A DNA stretch of 64,000 nt from contig JAISBE010000012.1 in assembly GCA_031266365.1 (NCBI GenBank), forward strand, positions 445 through 64,444, written 5' to 3'. The DNA comes from Oscillospiraceae bacterium. Its GTDB lineage: Bacteria > Bacillota > Clostridia > Oscillospirales > Acutalibacteraceae. Shown piece after piece: positions 57,836 through 64,000 of the stretch (the first letter of the stretch is position 1; each line of letters starts with the position of its first letter). A program made the position numbers and the translations under genes. Under the pieces are notes generated by a model that saw only the letters and a list, made by a program, of their open reading frames with translations, was not told the origin of the DNA and searched no databases.

Positions 57836-57906
57836 CTATACTCCCCTCCTTTACTGCTGCAAGCATTAATACTCTTTTGCTTTAACAACTAATTGCCCAT
57901 CTTGTT

Positions 57907-58938
57907 TTAAGCTAAAAATTTTACATAAAGCAGCGCGATAATACCTCCAAAAATTGCAACCGTACTAAATATCAGGCAAATTTTACTTTCCTTCCATCCA
58001 CACATTTCAAAATGATGATGAATTGGGCTCATTTTCAATATGCGTTTTCCTTTTGTGATTTTAAAATATATTACTTGAAGCATCACAGAGAACATTTCAA
58101 GCAAATAAACAAGTCCTATTGGTACGAGCAGCAAAGGCTTATCAAAACCGAAAACAATAGCACAAATCATTCCACCCAAAAATAGTGCGCCTGTATCTCC
58201 CATAAAAATCTTTGCGGGATAAAAATTCCAAACTAAAAAGCCAAGGCAGCCCCCCGAAAGGCATACAGATATTATGCTAAATTCTGGCATATTAAGAATA
58301 ATCGCTATTATCGTTAAAAATATACCATTAAAAAATGTGACAGATCCGTTTAAGCCATCTATTCCATCAGTTAAATTCACTGCATTTACTATCCCAGCGA
58401 TCATTATAGCAGCAATAATCCAATAAAAAATTCCGAAATCATAGGTCCCTAAAAATGGTATTTCAATAAATGTTATATCAATCTTTCCATAGCACTTTTT
58501 GACTATGTAAATAGATGTAAGGTACATTGCGGCTATAAGAAATTGAAAAAACAATTTTTGTTTTGCTTTTAAGCCAAGATTTCTCTTTTTTATCACTTTT
58601 ATATAATCGTCTAAAAATCCCAGAATGCCATAACATAATGCCATACCCAATCCTGCAAAAATTTTCACCTGCATTATGACTAAATCTTTCTGCGCTACGT
58701 TTACACTAAAAAAATAAGCTAATATGCAAGCCACACTCGATAAAATAACCCCGATAATAAAGGTAATCCCGCCCATTGTGGGTGTACCCTGCTTACTTTT
58801 ATGCCAAGAGGGGCCATCATCTTCCAGTATCGGCTGCCCATATTTTATTTTATGCAAAAAGGGTATTAATTTTTTCCCTAAGAGACATGTAGTTAAAAAT
58901 GCCATAAATGCTGCAATTAATAGCCAAAATCCATTCAT
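57907..58938 (-). CDS. mraY: phospho-N-acetylmuramoyl-pentapeptide-transferase
   Basis: 343 aa. ...GPSWHKSKQGTPTMGG...NAVNLTDGIDGL... Confidence 0.93.
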   Translation of the reverse strand: MNGFWLLIAAFMAFLTTCLLGKKLIPFLHKIKYGQPILEDDGPSWHKSKQGTPTMGGITFIIGVILSSVACILAYFFSVNVAQKDLVIMQVKIFAGLGMALCYGILGFLDDYIKVIKKRNLGLKAKQKLFFQFLIAAMYLTSIYIVKKCYGKIDITFIEIPFLGTYDFGIFYWIIAAIMIAGIVNAVNLTDGIDGLNGSVTFFNGIFLTIIAIILNMPEFSIISVCLSGGCLGFLVWNFYPAKIFMGDTGALFLGGMICAIVFGFDKPLLLVPIGLVYLLEMFSVMLQVIYFKITKGKRILKMSPIHHHFEMCGWKESKICLIFSTVAIFGGIIALLYVKFLA

Positions 58939-59108
58939 AAAATTCCACCCTACATTAATTTTTTTAGTTTTAGCTTACGTCAATAAAATTAATAATTTAT
59001 TTACGCTTTAATGGTGAAATTACCGACCTACAATATCTTTTTTATTTTATACAAACTTTACTTACTAATAAATATATTATTTTTTATTAACAGCTATAAT
59101 AATATTTA

Positions 59109-61331
59109 TTAAAAAATATTAGCTCTTTGAATAAATTCAACTGTAATAACTGTTTGTTGGCTCACTTCGGTACCTAACTTGATATTTTGGCGCACAGATT
59201 TGCTCTCATTGCCAGAATTCGTTGCTCCACTAACACACACATTAAGTTTCATTAGCGATGCCAATTTTTCAACCTGAGATAACGTCAATCCAACAAAATT
59301 TGGGACAGCCACTTTTTGTTCAGGGATTGTGCTATCTGTGGACAACAACACCGTACCACCTTTTGGGATTATAATTCCAGATTTAGGGTTCTGAGAAACC
59401 ACTTTGTTTTCGATTGGTCCACTCACTTGAACTTTGAGCCCCAGTCGCGATAACTTTTCTTTAGATTCATCCACCGAACAACCAATTAATAAAGGGGCAG
59501 ATACACCAGCATTTAAAAGCTCACTATTTGTAAACTTCTTCCTTACTCCTAAATGCGGCAATACCTCCTCCATAATAGTTCTGAAAGTTGGTGCAGCTAC
59601 TGCGCTTCCATAGTAATCTTTCCCTTTTGGGGTATCATAAATGACTAAAAGTGCAATTTGTGGGTCATCAGCCGGAGCACAGCCACAATACGATGCAATA
59701 TAATCCTTACCATCTTGGCCACTCTGGCCTATTTTTTCAGCTGTCCCTGTCTTTCCGAAAATTTGAAATCCTGGAACATTACCATTTCTTCCCGAACCGA
59801 CCTCCACATTTTTTTGCAACATTTTACGAAGTCTCTGTGATGTTTGTTTAGATATAACCTGCCTTTTAACATTTTTATCTACTATTTTTACTATATTATG
59901 AGAGTCGTCAATTATTTGCTTAACAACATGTGGTTTAACTAATTTACCACCATTTGCCACTGCCGAAACCGCTGTTATCAGTTGAATTGGGGTAATACTG
60001 AAATTTTGGCCAAATGATGCCACAACTAAAGACATCGGTTGCATAGTTCCGTCTTTGCTGAAGAAAATCCCATTTGCCTCCCCTGGTAAATCTACGCCTG
60101 TTTCCTGAGTAAGACCAAAATCTCTGTAATATTTATAAAATCTCTCCGCCCCCAAACTTTGTCCCAAAGCTATAAAAGCGGGGTTGCAGGAATGGCATAT
60201 AGCTTCTAAAAAACTTTGCGAACCATGCCCTTCTCGTTTGTGGCAATGCACTGTTTTTTCTTTATTAAACAGCCTAAATCCACCTGAACAGTTAAACCTC
60301 GTCCCTTCATTTACCACATCCTCTTCAAGCCCCATAGCTGCGGTAATCATCTTGAAAGTAGAGCCCGGCATGTATGTATCGCTAATTGCCTTATTTCGCC
60401 ACTGCTTTTGCAAAGCCTCACCCTCAGCTTTTGATCTTTCCTCTTTTTCCAAAGTTTCAATTCGCGCTTTTTCCTCTTCATTTTTTATATCAAATGGATT
60501 ATTTAAGTCATAGCCTTCCGTGGCCATTCCCAAAATTTCCCCATTATTGACATCCATCATAATGGCTACAGCGCCATTTACCACATTATTATGCACTCTA
60601 CCCGCCTCTAAATATTTTTCCATAACACCTTGGATATACTCATCTATTGATAAAACCAAACTGCGACCATTCTGAGCAGGCATAGATTGCTCATGCTCAC
60701 ATGGTATATCCATCCCAATTGCATTTTTAGCTGTGACAACTCTACCCGGCTTACCCGTTAATTCTTGGTCATAATAATTCTCAATACCAGATAATCCTTG
60801 ATTTTCTAATCCTGTAAACCCAATAACAGTCGAAGCCAAGCATCCACACGGATAACATCTCTTAGTATCATCTATAATCCTTATACCATTGCTAATTTTG
60901 TTATCTTTTTTAAATGCTAATATTTTGTCTCTATCACTGTTTTCTATTTTTCTTTTTATTATCTCATAAAAAGATTCTTTTCTCATTTTTTGCAAAATTT
61001 CGTCTTTATCTATCATTAATATTTCAGATAAACCCGTCGCGACGAGATTTTTCGATTCATCCGATTTTAAATAAACAGGCTCAAGGATCACCGTCCAAGC
61101 TTCAACACTTTGCGCAAGAGGCTTCATGTTTTTGTCATATATTGTTCCTCTTTTTGCATTTATGGCAATATCTTTTAATTGTTGAGCCATAGCCATTTGC
61201 TGAAGATCTTTCCCCTGAATCAGCTGCCATTCTACAAGTCTAAAAATGCTGACCCCAAAGCCTCCCACAAGCAATATAATCAATACCAAAAGCGCCCTAC
61301 GCCACATTCTCACAGTAACGCCTTTTGCCAT
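59109..61331 (-). CDS. class B penicillin-binding protein with two PASTA domains (PBP2B/SpoVD-like)
   Basis: Start trimmed to MAKGVTVRMWRRALLVLIILLVGG. Motifs STFK (SxxK) and KTGT. Two PASTA-like C-terminal repeats. Confidence 0.88.
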   Translation of the reverse strand: MAKGVTVRMWRRALLVLIILLVGGFGVSIFRLVEWQLIQGKDLQQMAMAQQLKDIAINAKRGTIYDKNMKPLAQSVEAWTVILEPVYLKSDESKNLVATGLSEILMIDKDEILQKMRKESFYEIIKRKIENSDRDKILAFKKDNKISNGIRIIDDTKRCYPCGCLASTVIGFTGLENQGLSGIENYYDQELTGKPGRVVTAKNAIGMDIPCEHEQSMPAQNGRSLVLSIDEYIQGVMEKYLEAGRVHNNVVNGAVAIMMDVNNGEILGMATEGYDLNNPFDIKNEEEKARIETLEKEERSKAEGEALQKQWRNKAISDTYMPGSTFKMITAAMGLEEDVVNEGTRFNCSGGFRLFNKEKTVHCHKREGHGSQSFLEAICHSCNPAFIALGQSLGAERFYKYYRDFGLTQETGVDLPGEANGIFFSKDGTMQPMSLVVASFGQNFSITPIQLITAVSAVANGGKLVKPHVVKQIIDDSHNIVKIVDKNVKRQVISKQTSQRLRKMLQKNVEVGSGRNGNVPGFQIFGKTGTAEKIGQSGQDGKDYIASYCGCAPADDPQIALLVIYDTPKGKDYYGSAVAAPTFRTIMEEVLPHLGVRKKFTNSELLNAGVSAPLLIGCSVDESKEKLSRLGLKVQVSGPIENKVVSQNPKSGIIIPKGGTVLLSTDSTIPEQKVAVPNFVGLTLSQVEKLASLMKLNVCVSGATNSGNESKSVRQNIKLGTEVSQQTVITVEFIQRANIF

Positions 61332-61516
61332 TTTATCAAGTCCTCCAAAAATACTATATCGCTCTTTAGGAATTATACTTAACCGACATAACACTAAATA
61401 TAATACTATTACTTTTCATTTAGTCAAGAAAAATAGTTATTATAAATAAAACTATATTAAATTATTTTTTTAGAGTTTTTATAAATCTATTAAATGTCAT
61501 AAAACATTTTTAATTT

Positions 61517-61591
61517 TGGCACCCCTGACCGGACTCGAACCGATATCTAAGTCTTAGGAGGACCTTGTTCTATCCTTTGAACTACAGGGGC
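61517..61591 (-). tRNA. tRNA-Arg (CCT)
   Basis: Hand-folded. Acceptor GCCCCTG/CAGGGGT (G1-U72), anticodon arm AGGTC-CTCCTAA-GACTT, T loop TTCGAGT, encoded CCA. Confidence 0.85.
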
Positions 61592-61727
61592 AAGACAAAA
61601 AATTTAATTATTTTTATAAACTTCTAAATACATTTTATGCTATAAAATTTCATCTTGTCAATAATATATTATAATTTTTAAATTTATGTTTAAATATATT
61701 CACATTAATCAATTTTTTGCTGTTATG

Positions 61728-62216
61728 TCAATGCCTAATCTTAGAAAAAAATTCTAAAATTGCAGTTAAGATATTCTTTCGCTCACTATTTTCAATTTCA
61801 GCTTTATCAGTTTTCGACAAACTAATATATTCTATTTGCGTATTGTCAACTTTTCTCATGCCAAGATTCTCAATTGAATATTTTTCTATGTTCTCACGAG
61901 AAAATTGAGACTCCAACTCAATTTTTAACTGACTATATTCATTACGAGATTCGTTTAAACTTTTTTTGGCAACATAAATTTTATTCGTGAGTTCAGACAG
62001 TTGCACCTGGTTATAAACAGTTATACCTAAAATAGAAACGGAAACGGCTAAAGAGCACACTCCTAATATTAGCGTCGCCGGACGCAGTTTGGCTTTTTGC
62101 TTTTTTTCTTCGTTTTTAGTTAGGCTTACAATATTATCTCTGTATTTCTGTCCTTTTGGTTTAGCCTCAAACAAAGATAGATCATAAGCTAAGTTTTTTT
62201 CAGAAATTCCCAACAT
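61728..62216 (-). CDS. ftsL: FtsL-like cell division protein
   Basis: 162 aa, single TM (LILGVCSLAVSVSILGITVY) followed by a coiled coil. Lies between rsmH and the PBP gene. Confidence 0.65.
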   Translation of the reverse strand: MLGISEKNLAYDLSLFEAKPKGQKYRDNIVSLTKNEEKKQKAKLRPATLILGVCSLAVSVSILGITVYNQVQLSELTNKIYVAKKSLNESRNEYSQLKIELESQFSRENIEKYSIENLGMRKVDNTQIEYISLSKTDKAEIENSERKNILTAILEFFSKIRH

Positions 62217-62255
62217 TAATTTCCCCTTTAAATAAAAACTTAAAATTATCCGTTA

Positions 62256-63182
62256 TTATATCTTCATAATAACCCTGAGCTTGGCGCTCTTACATCTCCG
62301 GTTTTCATTTAATTCTAAAAACGAAGGAACAATTGGATTTTTATTAACAGGTTCTGCTTTTTTTCTATTATCACAAACGCACACAGGAAAATCTGCAGGG
62401 CACACACAATCTTTAAACCAAGATGCCATCTTTTTTTTAACTATCCTGTCCTCCAATGAATGAAAAGAAATCACAGCAAGTCTTCCTCCTGGTTTTAAAA
62501 TTGAAAACGCCGCTTCTAGCCCTTTACATAAATTTTGAAGTTCATTATTAACTTCAATTCTAATAGCCTGAAAAGTTTTTTTTGCAGGATGCCCTGCTTT
62601 TCTACGAACAGCTGCCGGAATTGCAGATTTGATAATATTTGCAAGCTCCAGTGTGGTTTTTACCGGTTTCATCTTTCTTGCATCCACTATTGCTTTAGAA
62701 ATTTTTCTTGAAAATTTTTCCTCCCCGTAACTCCATATTATATGCGACAACACCTCTTGTGAATACTCATTCACCACACTATAAGCAGAAATACCATTTT
62801 TACTCATACGCATATCAAGTTTTGCATCATTTTTGTATGAAAATCCGCGCTCTGGTTCATCAAGCTGATAAGATGAAACCCCTAAATCCAAAATCACACC
62901 ATTCACAGACGAAATTCCAACTATATTAATCACACTCGCCATTTCAGCAAAATTAGAATTTATAATAAAAACATTCTTTTTCTCAAAAAATCTCTTGTGC
63001 AATAAAGCTAGCGAATCAGGATCTCGGTCTATCAAAATTAATTTCCCCGCAGTAAGCTTTTCAAGTATAGCTGCAGAATGCCCCCCTCCTCCCGCAGTGC
63101 CATCAACATAAACTCCAGTTGGATCTATATCTAGCAGATCGATTATCTCATAAAGTAAAACCGGTTTATGAGCGAAATTCAT
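62256..63182 (-). CDS. rsmH: 16S rRNA (cytosine1402-N4)-methyltransferase
   Basis: HKPVLLYEIIDLL...YVDGTAGGGGHS...DLGVSSYQLD. Confidence 0.94.
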   Translation of the reverse strand: MNFAHKPVLLYEIIDLLDIDPTGVYVDGTAGGGGHSAAILEKLTAGKLILIDRDPDSLALLHKRFFEKKNVFIINSNFAEMASVINIVGISSVNGVILDLGVSSYQLDEPERGFSYKNDAKLDMRMSKNGISAYSVVNEYSQEVLSHIIWSYGEEKFSRKISKAIVDARKMKPVKTTLELANIIKSAIPAAVRRKAGHPAKKTFQAIRIEVNNELQNLCKGLEAAFSILKPGGRLAVISFHSLEDRIVKKKMASWFKDCVCPADFPVCVCDNRKKAEPVNKNPIVPSFLELNENRRCKSAKLRVIMKI

Positions 63183-63252
63183 AATAACCTCTATAAAACT
63201 ATCTTAATTTAAAGCTGATAAGTTACCAAAATAGCTCAAATAAAATTCATTT

Positions 63253-63672
63253 TTAAATACCAAGTAGATCCATCGCTTGGGCGATTGTTTCCTCAGTGAG
63301 CGCTTTATTGGCTTCTTCCCAACGAGATTTATCCCAAATTTCCACCCGGCTCGATACTCCCACAAAAGTAATCTCTCTGCTTAAGTTCGCATGTTCTCTC
63401 AATAGCTGAGGTATTAAAATCCTACCTTGCTTATCCGGTTGAACCTCCAGAGCTCCAGAAAAGAAAAAGCGCTGAAGCCCTCTCGACTTAGATATCGGGG
63501 TGGATTTTATCTTCTCTTCTAAATTTTTCCATTCGCTTTGTGAAAAAACAAAAAGACAGCCATCCAAGCCTTTGGCAACATAAAAGCACTCGCCCAAATC
63601 TTCACGAAACTTGGCTGGAACTATCACACGCCCTTTTTCGTCAATACTGTGTTGATATTCTCCAATCAACAT
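63253..63672 (-). CDS. mraZ: transcriptional regulator MraZ
   Basis: [24 protein letters not shown]... and a second DKQGRILIP repeat. Start trimmed to the family N-terminus. Confidence 0.92.
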   Translation of the reverse strand: MLIGEYQHSIDEKGRVIVPAKFREDLGECFYVAKGLDGCLFVFSQSEWKNLEEKIKSTPISKSRGLQRFFFSGALEVQPDKQGRILIPQLLREHANLSREITFVGVSSRVEIWDKSRWEEANKALTEETIAQAMDLLGI

Positions 63673-64000
63673 AACGAACCCCCATGAACTCACTTCAATG
63701 GATAATTTCTACCACTTTCCTCTACTTTCCACCACTCTATACTTTAATTATATACCTTAATAAAAAAAACACAAGGAATATTTTACTAAATTTTATTTAA
63801 AAACGACTCAAACACCTTTAAAATATAATTAAGCGATAAAAAATAATATATAAAGTGTAAAAATTTATAAAAAATAAAAGCAAGATCACGGTGTTTTTAA
63901 ATTTTTATAGACGTTCACACTTGTAATTAGTTTTTCAAAACGTAAATAAAATTATTTGAAAATATTTTTAAAAGGATTGTAAGCCAACTACCAAATATTT

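Overview
AT-rich, Firmicutes/Clostridia-type chromosomal segment, judged from gene content and order. Most of it is housekeeping. On the + strand: trpS, a class A PBP, aspartate kinase, metG, recO and galU. On the - strand: a NitT/TauT-type ABC importer, efp, pepP, rpsU, leuS, and a complete S10-spc-alpha ribosomal cluster (rpsJ to rplQ, 48.3 to 32.4 kb) that includes secY, adk, map, infA, rpmJ and rpoA. Also on the - strand are nrdG, a ROK glucokinase and a shortened dcw cluster (mraZ-rsmH-ftsL-tRNA-Arg-PBP2B/SpoVD-mraY-ftsW), plus tRNA-Asn.

Four accessory loci stand out.

(1) 13.9-21.0 kb, between recO and galU: a tandem array of eight cassettes. Each cassette has a conserved AT-rich head (promoter, RBS, Sec signal peptide). 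The head is fused in frame to a strikingly GC-rich, highly divergent mature domain. In seven of the eight cassettes a conserved palindrome-containing tail follows. One cassette carries an in-frame TAA, and one inter-cassette region looks like a deletion scar. I cannot assign this array to any described system, and I consider it the strongest candidate for something new.

(2) 30.05-31.56 kb: four tandem genes encoding eukaryote-like ubiquitin folds. Each is preceded by a textbook double-glycine (bacteriocin/PCAT-type) leader. The first gene starts 1 nt after the yqeK stop.

(3) 8.06-10.25 kb: an operon of three further GG-leader peptides, two with long Nif11-like leaders, plus an HExxH protein.

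(4) 51.77-56.23 kb: a microcin C-like cluster. It contains a 7-codon ORF (MNTTPRN) followed by a hairpin, an MccB-like ThiF adenylyltransferase, a GNAT and an ABC-2 exporter. It lies next to tRNA-Asn.

Many starts in the ORF track are over-extended. I trimmed them where an RBS or family N-terminus supported a different start. All functional calls come from reading motifs by eye; no searches were run.
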